NCBI GenBank assembly: GCA_965204665.1
Contig: OZ242002.1
Coordinates: forward strand, 1,497,995 to 1,561,994
Direction: 5' to 3'
Length of the DNA stretch: 64,000 bases
Source of the DNA: Thermodesulfobacteriota bacterium
GTDB lineage: Bacteria > Desulfobacterota_D > UBA1144 > Nemesobacterales > Nemesobacteraceae
Position numbers and translations under genes: made by a program. This document shows positions 10,028-18,532 of this stretch, piece by piece (the stretch's first letter is position 1; the number at the start of each line of letters is the position of its first letter). The notes beneath the pieces were generated by a model, which made no database searches, was not told the origin of the DNA, and worked only from the letters and a program-made list of their open reading frames with translations.

Positions 10028-10714
10028 AGCCGTGCTCCAATGGCTGATTTGAAGAGATATTTCTCGGGACTCTTCCTATGCTGTTGTTTGATGTTCTTTT
10101 TTATCCGGACCTGTTCTAGGGCGCGTATCTGCCCGTGTTGAGAAACCAGTATTCTGTCACGCGACAATTTGGGTGCAATGTATTTCAAGATGGAGGCATC
10201 CGGCATAAGGAAGAAGGAACTATGAAGAGAGTACATTGTGGGACATGAACTGAAAAATCACAGTCGATGATGTCCGCTACAAACTCAAGCCGTCTACTCT
10301 TAAATCATCATATGATGAAACACTAGATGATGTTTTGAGCATTCTTGACAATATAGCGGAAACTGCCCGTGCCGGACGATTGCGGACTAAGTGCTTCCAA
10401 GTTGAAAGAGCAATCGTCTGAAATAGTTTTCACCCGAGGGTTGCAGACAGAGGATGAAGGATGCCTCGGCACATCTGGATTTTCACCGGATTGTGGAAAA
10501 GATGTTTCATAAAGCGCCTGACGGAAAGAAAAGGATGTGTTTTGTACTTGGGCACCTGCGGGGAGTGCCCTCAAAGGGTGATGCGGCACGAAACAGGTCA
10601 TTATAAACAGCATATTGTTTTTGCCGGACTGATAGAAATCAAAAAAACTTCTTACAAGACAAATAAACGAACGCTTTTTACCCGCGAGGACCTAGTTTCC
10701 GCTCTTTATACGAC

Positions 10715-11854
10715 ATGACTTCCGAATTGGTTAAAAATATAGAACCCTTTTACGTAATGGAAGTTCTTGAGAGGGCGAAACGTCTTGAAGAAGGGGGTTG
10801 CGATGTAATCCATTTTGAGGTAGGAGAACCTGATTTTGCCACCTCTGCGGAGATATGCTCATCAGGGGCGAACTGGATAAAACAAGGATACACCAAATAT
10901 ACCGACAGTCTCGGAATTGACGAACTTCGCAGAACCGTTGCAGAGGATTACAGCAGCACATACGGGGTGGATGTAGGGCATGAAAGGGTGATAATAACAA
11001 TGGGGAGTTCACCCGCGCTTCTGATGTCGCTGCTCACGGTCGCCGACCCGGGAGATGAGATACTGATAACCGACCCGTATTACGCCTGCTATCCGCAGAT
11101 AATAAGCGTTGCAAGGGGAATTGCTAGAAAAATACCGATTTACCAAACTGATGGCTATCAGATTGATACCGGACGGGTGAGAAAAAACATCGGTCCTAAG
11201 ACAAAATCCATTCTGATCAACTCTCCGGCAAACCCCACAGGGGCTGTTATGAAAACGGAAATTCTACGGGAACTGTGCGATATGGGGCTTTTTGTAATCT
11301 CGGACGAGATATATCATGGTCTTGTATACGGCGCGCAGGCGGATTCGGTTCTGCAGTTTACTGAAAACGCGATTGTTATAAACGGTTTTTCCAAGTTTTA
11401 CTCCATGACGGGTTGGCGTTTGGGCTACATGATTGTTCCGAAGAAAATGGTGAGATATGTTCAGAAACTTCAGCAGAACCTTTTTATTTCTCCCGGGTCA
11501 TTTATCCAGAAAGCGGGAGTGACCGCTATCGAGAAAGTGAAAAAAGAGGGAGGATACAAGGAGATGGTGGCTGAGTTCGGCAGAAGAAGAGCGGAGATGA
11601 TAAAAGGGTTACGCTCAGTCGGGTTCGACATAGATATGGAACCCCTAGGGGCGTTTTACGTTTATGTCGACTGCTCGCGTTGGAGCAGAGATTCACTTAA
11701 TTTCGCATTTGATATTCTTGAAAACTGCCTTGTGGGAGTAACCCCGGGAACAGACTTCAGCGACAGGGGATCTGATCACCTGAGATTTTCCTACGCGACT
11801 TCGGTTGACTCTATAAGAGAGGGCATAAGGAGACTCGGGCAGTTTCTCAACTGA
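10715..11854 (+). CDS. Class I/II PLP-dependent aminotransferase
   Basis: SKFYSMTGWRLGY PLP-lysine region. Aspartate/aromatic aminotransferase-like, 379 aa. Confidence 0.85.
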   Translation: MTSELVKNIEPFYVMEVLERAKRLEEGGCDVIHFEVGEPDFATSAEICSSGANWIKQGYTKYTDSLGIDELRRTVAEDYSSTYGVDVGHERVIITMGSSPALLMSLLTVADPGDEILITDPYYACYPQIISVARGIARKIPIYQTDGYQIDTGRVRKNIGPKTKSILINSPANPTGAVMKTEILRELCDMGLFVISDEIYHGLVYGAQADSVLQFTENAIVINGFSKFYSMTGWRLGYMIVPKKMVRYVQKLQQNLFISPGSFIQKAGVTAIEKVKKEGGYKEMVAEFGRRRAEMIKGLRSVGFDIDMEPLGAFYVYVDCSRWSRDSLNFAFDILENCLVGVTPGTDFSDRGSDHLRFSYATSVDSIREGIRRLGQFLN

Positions 11855-11908
11855 ATTTTCCGAGAAAATCTTATTTTACGCTTCAGTAGTTTCCGCCGGT
11901 TTCGGAGG

Positions 11909-12712
11909 TTGAGTATGAACAGAAAACTCGTAGCGGGAAATTGGAAAATGAATCTTCTTCGCCGGCAGGCGGAAAGACTTTCCGCAGATGTGGTCAGCGT
12001 GCTCGGTTGTGATTACAGTCGTTGCCAGGTTGTGCTTGCGCCGCCGTATACAAGCCTTGATTCGGTACGCAGAAGCATTGAGGGTTCAACAGTGGAGTTG
12101 GGTGCGCAGAATGTTTATGAAGAACCTTACGGGGCGTTCACGGGAGAGGTGTCTCCAGAGATGCTTTCTGATGCCGGGTGCCGCTGGGTGATAGTGGGGC
12201 ATTCGGAGAGAAGACGCATTCTGGGAGAAACGGACAACCGGATAAACAAAAAACTACTGCTTTGTTTTCGCTGCAAACTCAGTGTGATTTTATGTGTGGG
12301 GGAGACCGCTGCGCAGAGAGAAAAAGCGGTTGCCGGCTGCGGTAAAAACAACGCCTTGCGTCGCAGACTTCTTTTTGAACCGATAAGAATGCAACTGGAG
12401 AGGGGGCTTGGGGGTGTTTCTCCGGAGATGACTTCCGATATCGTCATCGCTTACGAGCCTCTCTGGGCGATAGGTACGGGGAGGAACGCCACTTCACGGG
12501 AAATAACGGAAATTTCACTCTGGATAAGGGGATTTCTCTCTGATATGTTTTCTGATTCCGGCAGCAATATCAGAATTTTATATGGAGGAAGCGTTTCAGC
12601 AGGTAATATTCATAGTATAATGTCCGTTGATCAGGTGAGCGGGGTTCTTGTAGGAGGAGCTAGCCTTTCTGCGGACTCTTTTTCTGAAATAGTAAAATCT
12701 GTAGGGGGTTAG
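11909..12712 (+). CDS. tpiA: Triosephosphate isomerase
   Basis: NWKMN, GHSERR, AYEPLWAIGTG and YGGSV motifs. Confidence 0.9.
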   Translation: MSMNRKLVAGNWKMNLLRRQAERLSADVVSVLGCDYSRCQVVLAPPYTSLDSVRRSIEGSTVELGAQNVYEEPYGAFTGEVSPEMLSDAGCRWVIVGHSERRRILGETDNRINKKLLLCFRCKLSVILCVGETAAQREKAVAGCGKNNALRRRLLFEPIRMQLERGLGGVSPEMTSDIVIAYEPLWAIGTGRNATSREITEISLWIRGFLSDMFSDSGSNIRILYGGSVSAGNIHSIMSVDQVSGVLVGGASLSADSFSEIVKSVGG

Positions 12713-12715
12713 AAA

Positions 12716-13096
12716 TTGGAGTTTTTGATACCGTCTGTAAAAGTCATTCACATAATCGTCAGCATTTTCCTGGTGTTGATCATACTTCTTCAGCCGAGCA
12801 AGTCGGGAGATATAGGTTCCATGTTTGGAGGAGGAACATCTGAATCCCTTTTCGGTTCAAGCGGGGCTATACCTTTTCTTGTCAAGCTCACCAGGTTTTT
12901 CGGGCTTATCTTCGTGGTGACTTCGCTTTTCCTGGGATACGCCTCAATAAAATCCATGTCGGGCTCTGTAATAGATGACCAACAGACGCAGACAATTGAA
13001 GAATTCGAGGAAGTCTTGCCCGAGCGGCCGGAGCTGGAATCGGAGTCTGTAGAACAGACTCAATCCATTGATTCTGAGCAGGAGCCTGAGAAGTAA
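12716..13096 (+). CDS. secG: Preprotein translocase subunit SecG
   Basis: Lies immediately after tpiA. Two TM segments flank an LLQ...GGG...LFG glycine-rich loop. TTG start with a GGGGG RBS. Confidence 0.75.
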   Translation: MEFLIPSVKVIHIIVSIFLVLIILLQPSKSGDIGSMFGGGTSESLFGSSGAIPFLVKLTRFFGLIFVVTSLFLGYASIKSMSGSVIDDQQTQTIEEFEEVLPERPELESESVEQTQSIDSEQEPEK

Positions 13097-13182
13097 CCAT
13101 TTTTTATTTACATCTGCTCAGGTACAATCTAAGGATAAATAAGTAGACATGTTGCACATAAGCCAATTCGGAGGTCTTTCAG

Positions 13183-13449
13183 ATGGCATACATAATCGCA
13201 GAACCATGTATAAAGGTTAAGGACAAGTCATGTGTGGAAGCTTGCCCTGTCGACTGCATATACGATGCGGGCGACCAGCTGGTTATTCATCCGGAAGAGT
13301 GCATAGACTGTGGAGCGTGTGTTGACCCCTGTCCTGTGGACGCCATATTTCACGAAGATGACCTTCCCGAAAAATGGCAGGAATTCATTGATGTAAACAA
13401 AGATTTTTTTGAAGGCAAAGAGGGTCTTGAGCCTGCAAGAAACGACTGA
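13183..13449 (+). CDS. Ferredoxin with two CxxCxxC-type Fe-S cluster motifs (FdxA-like)
   Basis: [17 protein letters not shown] and [12 protein letters not shown] motifs. Confidence 0.85.
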   Translation: MAYIIAEPCIKVKDKSCVEACPVDCIYDAGDQLVIHPEECIDCGACVDPCPVDAIFHEDDLPEKWQEFIDVNKDFFEGKEGLEPARND

Positions 13450-13498
13450 ATCCGCAAGGGGTTAAGAAAAAGCGGAGAAATTACATGTTCTCTGTCCG

Positions 13499-14155
13499 TT
13501 GCTTGCCATGAGTACTGTGCACTTAAAGAACAAGGCGCGCAACCTGTTGCGGTTTCTTAAAAAAACCTACCCCGACGCACGATGTCACCTTGTCTACTCG
13601 AACCCGCTTGAACTTCTTGTGGGTTGCATTCTGTCGGCACAATGCACGGATAAGAGGGTAAATATGATAACCCCCGCACTTTTTTCCAGATACCCGGATG
13701 CAGCCGCTTTTTCCACCGCATCGGAGCAGGAATTACAAGAACGCATAAGGTCAACCGGTTTTTACAGAAACAAGGCGAGGGCTATAATAAATTGTTCGGC
13801 GGAGATAGTGCGCAAACACTCGGGAGAGGTTCCCGATACAATAGATGATCTCGTGAAACTGTCCGGAGTGGGAAGAAAAACCGCCAATGTGGTTGTCGGA
13901 AATTATTTTGGAAAACCCGGGATTATAGTCGATACCCATATTTCTAGGCTCAGCCGTCGCATAGGGATTACCCGGAACTCGGATCCGGTCAGAATCGAGT
14001 TCGACCTCAGAGAAGTTGTTCCGAAGAAGGACTGGACATTTTTTTCAAACTCCCTGGGAGACCATGGAAGAACTGTATGCAAGGCGAGAAAACCTATTTG
14101 TTCTGAGTGCGCGATAACCGGTATGTGCTCATATTTTCAGGATATGCATGCTTGA
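13499..14155 (+). CDS. nth: Endonuclease III
   Basis: HhH-GPD core (LVKLSGVGRKTANVV) plus a C-terminal Cx6Cx2Cx5C Fe-S cluster loop. Confidence 0.9.
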   Translation: MLAMSTVHLKNKARNLLRFLKKTYPDARCHLVYSNPLELLVGCILSAQCTDKRVNMITPALFSRYPDAAAFSTASEQELQERIRSTGFYRNKARAIINCSAEIVRKHSGEVPDTIDDLVKLSGVGRKTANVVVGNYFGKPGIIVDTHISRLSRRIGITRNSDPVRIEFDLREVVPKKDWTFFSNSLGDHGRTVCKARKPICSECAITGMCSYFQDMHA

Positions 14156-14182
14156 AGAAAAGAGTTTACTGCAGAGCGTGGG

Positions 14183-14389
14183 GTGAGTATGAGCGCTGAT
14201 TATTCAGGGTATTTTCCATTCGGGTGGATAAGATCCGAGGGCGGGGACAACCGGCAGATTTACTGGAGTGGAAAAACGGGGGAATTATACCTGAAAGCCA
14301 CAAAGACGGATGCGCTGGTAAAAGTCGCGGAAGCCGCGAGTTGGATGGAAGCCAAGAAAAAAGCAGACTTGCTTATAAAAGGAACCTGA
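14183..14389 (+). CDS. Small hypothetical protein
   Basis: 68 aa ORF in the nth-hydrolase gap with no recognisable motif. Confidence 0.3.
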   Translation: MSMSADYSGYFPFGWIRSEGGDNRQIYWSGKTGELYLKATKTDALVKVAEAASWMEAKKKADLLIKGT

Positions 14390-14494
14390 TTCTGTTTTAT
14401 CTGCGGTTCATGAGAACTGAGTTCAGTTCAGGATTTTGACTCGGACCGCAGATATTTATAATATCCGAATAATTTTTCATAACAGTTTCCAACG

Positions 14495-15397
14495 ATGAAA
14501 TATGTAGAACAGGAACTGCTTTTCATACCCGTCGGCAAGAGCGGAGTGAATGCTCTTTACTACAGAGCGCTTAACAACGATTCTGATAAGAGGAAGACCG
14601 TAATCATTCACATCCACGGTTTTCTGGGCAATTTTCTTGACGGAAGTCAGAGATTTTTACCTCCAATTCTCGCAAAGGCCGGCTATTCGTCTATCTCAAT
14701 TAACACCAGAATGGCGAATTTCGGACTTTTTTTCGGCTTCGGAATAGTGGACGAGACGGTTCCCCAGATAGACGGTGTAGTGAAATATCTGAAGGAAATG
14801 GGGTATGAGAATATTATCGTTTCCGGCTACAGTCTCGGTGGAGGCGTGGTTTTCAGATATCTTTCCCTCAAAAGCCTCACGGACGGCTTGGAGAACGACA
14901 GTACCGTAAAGGGTGTCATAGCGCTTGCCACCCCGTATTCAATTCCCGATTCCGTAAAGAGAAGATGGAACAAGTGGGGAAGCATGCCGTCCTATGATGA
15001 AATGTATCAGGAGGCTGGGGAGATACTCGGCGATGACCCGCACAAATCAAAACAAGACAGGACCGTGCTTATTTTCAGGGCCAGAGGGGATTCCTACCGG
15101 CCGGAACACACGGAGATATACACTTACAAGACCTGGTGGTTTCTTGCGGGGCCGGAAGCGGAAGCGGTAAAAAGTTACAAGCAGATAAAAAACATAAAAC
15201 TGCCGATTCTGCTCATACAAGGCTGGGAGGACGAGTTTGTAAAGCCTGATGAAGCCTACAACCTCGCTCAAATAGCTATAGATAATGGAAACGACGATGT
15301 TTCCGCATATTACCTGAACACCGGACACACGCTCGACGGAAAAAAAGAGGAACTCGGCGACATTATAATAAGATGGCTTGACAGAAGATTCGTCTGA
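14495..15397 (+). CDS. Alpha/beta-fold hydrolase (GYSLGG nucleophile elbow), tandem paralog 1
   Basis: GxSxG motif. Shares blocks (NTRMA, TYKTWWF, GxxDxxV) with the next gene. Confidence 0.7.
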   Translation: MKYVEQELLFIPVGKSGVNALYYRALNNDSDKRKTVIIHIHGFLGNFLDGSQRFLPPILAKAGYSSISINTRMANFGLFFGFGIVDETVPQIDGVVKYLKEMGYENIIVSGYSLGGGVVFRYLSLKSLTDGLENDSTVKGVIALATPYSIPDSVKRRWNKWGSMPSYDEMYQEAGEILGDDPHKSKQDRTVLIFRARGDSYRPEHTEIYTYKTWWFLAGPEAEAVKSYKQIKNIKLPILLIQGWEDEFVKPDEAYNLAQIAIDNGNDDVSAYYLNTGHTLDGKKEELGDIIIRWLDRRFV

Positions 15398-16307
15398 TTA
15401 CGCCATGGTGAAAGAACAGAAGACTCTGCTCACTTACAGGACTGAAGACGGGTTCGATGTGAATTCCCTGCTGATTACTCCGGAGTTCTCCTCAGAGGAG
15501 GAACTCTACAACGCTCCTGTAATCATCAACCTTTACGGGGTGTTGGGGCATTTTCTCACAAGAGGGACTCCTGTGACGCTTCCCCCTCTTCTCAGAGAGA
15601 AAGGTATAAGTACTCTCTCGGTAAATACCCGGATGGCGTTTATGGGGCAGATAATGGGGGAAGGCATATTCCCCGAGACTATTCAGGAGATGAGGGAGTC
15701 GGTGAGCGTTCTTCAGAGAGAAGGGTTTCAGAACATTTTCATGCTGGGTTACAGTCTGGGGGCGAGCATGGCCGTCTACTATTCGCACATAACCGATTCT
15801 CAAGGCATAAAGGGGCTTGTTCTTGAAGGCTGTTCCTATTCTCTTCCCTATTCCCAGCAAAGAAGACTCGAGAGAAATAAAAGTATTCCTTCTTATGATT
15901 CTATTTACCGAAAGGCGAAAGAAGTTCTCGGTCCCGATCCGGAAAAAAAGAGAAACGATCAAATCTTTATTGTCTACAGGGCGTGGGGGAATTCGTTTAA
16001 CCCTGTAGATGCGGAGATGTTCACCTACAGAACATGGTGGTTTATGAGAGGACCTGATGCATACTACGCAAAAACCTGCGAGATAATAAAGGATGTCAGA
16101 GTTCCTGTACTCTTCATACACGGGGTAAATGACGATATAGTTGATGTTTGGGAACCCAGAGAACTCAAAAATATAATGAATCGAGCCGGGAACGAGCATA
16201 TAACCCTGCGGTATATACCCGGAGCGAAACATGACTGCGTTGAGAACCCCGAAGAAGCGATAAAGGTCATAACCGAATGGATATCACAGGTGAACGCTTA
16301 CTCTTAA
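15378..16307 (+). CDS. Alpha/beta-fold hydrolase (GYSLGA), tandem paralog 2
   Basis: Paralog of the 14495-15397 gene and overlaps it by 20 nt. An alternative start at 15405 is possible. Confidence 0.7.
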   Translation: MTEDSSDYAMVKEQKTLLTYRTEDGFDVNSLLITPEFSSEEELYNAPVIINLYGVLGHFLTRGTPVTLPPLLREKGISTLSVNTRMAFMGQIMGEGIFPETIQEMRESVSVLQREGFQNIFMLGYSLGASMAVYYSHITDSQGIKGLVLEGCSYSLPYSQQRRLERNKSIPSYDSIYRKAKEVLGPDPEKKRNDQIFIVYRAWGNSFNPVDAEMFTYRTWWFMRGPDAYYAKTCEIIKDVRVPVLFIHGVNDDIVDVWEPRELKNIMNRAGNEHITLRYIPGAKHDCVENPEEAIKVITEWISQVNAYS

Positions 16308-16440
16308 GGATGTTTTTTTGCAACAGCATATTGCAAAAAAGAAAAATTCATATACCTTAAACCGCTTCAGATTAAAAGGTCTATCTTTTTTGGCGTATTC
16401 CGATTGAATATCCGCGCCAGAGAATTTGGAGGCAAAAACC

Positions 16441-18003
16441 ATGTCCGAGAATTTTTCAATCAAGAAGGAACTTTCCGAAAAACACGATCTTGAATCTCCG
16501 TCGGAAGTCTACTACAACCTTCCTGTTCCCACCCTTTACGAAGAAGCGATCAGAAGAGGGGAGGGGAGGATCGGTGAAGGCGGAACCTTTGTGGGTTATA
16601 CATCTCCTCACACGGGCAGGTCTCCGAAGGACAGGTTCATCGTAAAGGAGCCGTCGACGGAGAACGACATAGACTGGGGCGTTGTTAATAAGCCGGTCGC
16701 TCCGGAGGTCTTCGACCATTACTACCGCAAAGTGATGGAGTATTTCAAGGGGAGGGATGTTTTCGTAAAGGACCTCCAGGTATGCTCCCACCCGGACTAC
16801 AGGACCGACGTAAGGATTATAAACGAATTCGCCTGGCATAATATATTTGCGAACAACCTTTTTCTCAGAACCGATTCATCCGAGTGTCCTCACAGAGAAG
16901 TGGGTTTCACGGTCATTTCCGCACCGGGATTCAAGGCGGATGATTTTAAGGATCACGGTATCAACAGTGAGACATTCATACTGCTTAACCTCGGTCGGAG
17001 AATCGCTCTTATAGGCGGTACGCGCTATGCAGGAGAGATGAAGAAATCTGTTTTCGCCGCAATGAATTTTCTGTTACCCGAAAAAAACGTATTTCCCATG
17101 CACTGCTCGGCCAACGTAGGCAGGGACGGAGATGTAGCGCTTTTCTTCGGACTGTCGGGAACCGGAAAAACAACCCTTTCAGCGGACCCCGAAAGGGCTC
17201 TTATCGGAGATGATGAACACGGTTGGTTCGATGGAGGGGTTTTCAACTTCGAGGGCGGATGCTACGCGAAGATGATAAAACTCAACCCCGATACCGAGCC
17301 TGAGATATACCGCGCGGCGCTTAAATTCGGTTCGGTTCTGGAAAACGTGAAACTTGATCCGAAGACCGCAAAAATAAATTTCGACAGCGATAAGTATACG
17401 GAAAATACCAGGGGCGCCTATCAGATTGATATGCTCGACAACATCGTTGCGGATGGAGTCGGTGGAGTTCCCAAGAACATCTTTATGCTGACCTATGACG
17501 CTTTTGGAGTTCTGCCGCCGATATCGAAACTTGATTCCGATCAAGCCATGTATTATTTCCTTCTGGGTTATACCGCGAAAGTAGCCGGTACCGAAAGAGG
17601 GGTGAGTAAGCCGCAGGCCACATTCAGTTCCTGTTTCGGTTCTCCTTTTCTTCCGAGATCTCCCAGGTTTTACGGACAGATGCTCAAGCGGAGAATGGAA
17701 AGCAACAGTGATGTGAAAGTCTGGCTTCTCAACACCGGTATTTCAGGCGGACCTTTCGGCGTGGGTAAGAGAATGCCTCTTCCGTCTACAAGGGCTCTTG
17801 TCACATCCGCCGTATCGGGCGAACTGTTCAAAAGAGAATTCATCAGGGTTCCGATACTTAATTTATCAGTACCAGCAGATTGTCCGGGAGTTAACTCGAA
17901 GCTTCTTCAGCCCAGACTTTCCTGGGATGATCAGGATGAGTACGACAGAAAAGCTGAACAACTTTCAGAACTTTTTGAAAAAGAATACCGCAAATATCTT
18001 TAA
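16441..18003 (+). CDS. pckA: Phosphoenolpyruvate carboxykinase (ATP)
   Basis: Kinase-1a GLSGTGKTTLS and PEPCK-ATP signature blocks. ATG at 16441 with GGAGG 8 nt upstream. The ORF-track start at 16426 is a TTG. Confidence 0.9.
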   Translation: MSENFSIKKELSEKHDLESPSEVYYNLPVPTLYEEAIRRGEGRIGEGGTFVGYTSPHTGRSPKDRFIVKEPSTENDIDWGVVNKPVAPEVFDHYYRKVMEYFKGRDVFVKDLQVCSHPDYRTDVRIINEFAWHNIFANNLFLRTDSSECPHREVGFTVISAPGFKADDFKDHGINSETFILLNLGRRIALIGGTRYAGEMKKSVFAAMNFLLPEKNVFPMHCSANVGRDGDVALFFGLSGTGKTTLSADPERALIGDDEHGWFDGGVFNFEGGCYAKMIKLNPDTEPEIYRAALKFGSVLENVKLDPKTAKINFDSDKYTENTRGAYQIDMLDNIVADGVGGVPKNIFMLTYDAFGVLPPISKLDSDQAMYYFLLGYTAKVAGTERGVSKPQATFSSCFGSPFLPRSPRFYGQMLKRRMESNSDVKVWLLNTGISGGPFGVGKRMPLPSTRALVTSAVSGELFKREFIRVPILNLSVPADCPGVNSKLLQPRLSWDDQDEYDRKAEQLSELFEKEYRKYL

Positions 18004-18093
18004 CCTCGCGGCAAAAAACTTTTTCTCCGAGCAGTGATGAACTCGAATCCTTGATTTATTTTTACCGCGGAGGTCCGCCTGAATTTTCTCGTA

Positions 18094-18171
18094 TGGCGTC
18101 CCCGAGGGGATTTGAACCCCTGTTACCGGCGTGAAAGGCCGATGTCCTAGACCTGACTAGACGACGGGGAC
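18094..18171 (-). tRNA. tRNA-Glu (anticodon TTC), CCA encoded
   Basis: Reverse complement GTCCCCGTCGTCTAGTCAGG...CTTTCAC...GGTTCAAATCCCCTCGGGGACGCCA folds as a cloverleaf. Confidence 0.85.
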
Positions 18172-18182
18172 ATAAAAAGACA

Positions 18183-18255
18183 TGAGCCGTACAGGATTCG
18201 AACCTGTGACCCACTGCTTAAAAGGCAGTTGCTCTACCAGCTGAGCTAACGGCTC
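18183..18255 (-). tRNA. tRNA-Lys (anticodon TTT)
   Basis: Reverse complement GAGCCGTTAGCTCAGCTGGTAGAGC...CTTTTAA...GGTTCGAATCCTGTACGGCTCA. Confidence 0.85.
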
Positions 18256-18532
18256 GTAAACGGCGGGATGATACCATAAAAGCTGCTGTTGTCAAAAACC
18301 GGAATCTGATACGATTTGACCTGTCGATGGAACCTCCGTAAATTCTTATGCGTGCCGATATTCGTATTCATCGGTATATGGCCCTGAAGGAAGTTTGGAA
18401 ACCCTACGGAGCCGATGCCCGTTACTGGTTTCGATCATTGATGTTTCCGGCTCTCAATACCTCGGTCACGGGTTGGAAACACCGCTCTTCAACTATGAGA
18501 TATGCGGACTATTTCTATAAGGAAGTGTAATC

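Noticed and set aside
14400-14460. Long-loop hairpin atctgcggt...accgcagat after the small ORF 14183-14389
   Set aside because: The loop is about 35 nt and there is no following U-run, so it is weak as a terminator. Left unannotated.
15492-16232. 246 aa antisense ORF within the second alpha/beta hydrolase
   Set aside because: Antisense to a gene with a clear GxSxG hydrolase signature. No RBS or motifs.
18094-18255. Classical integrase-mediated island at the tRNA 3' end
   Set aside because: The RM gene lies on the 5' side of tRNA-Lys. No integrase gene and no duplicated tRNA 3' fragment were found, so the tRNA adjacency is only suggestive.
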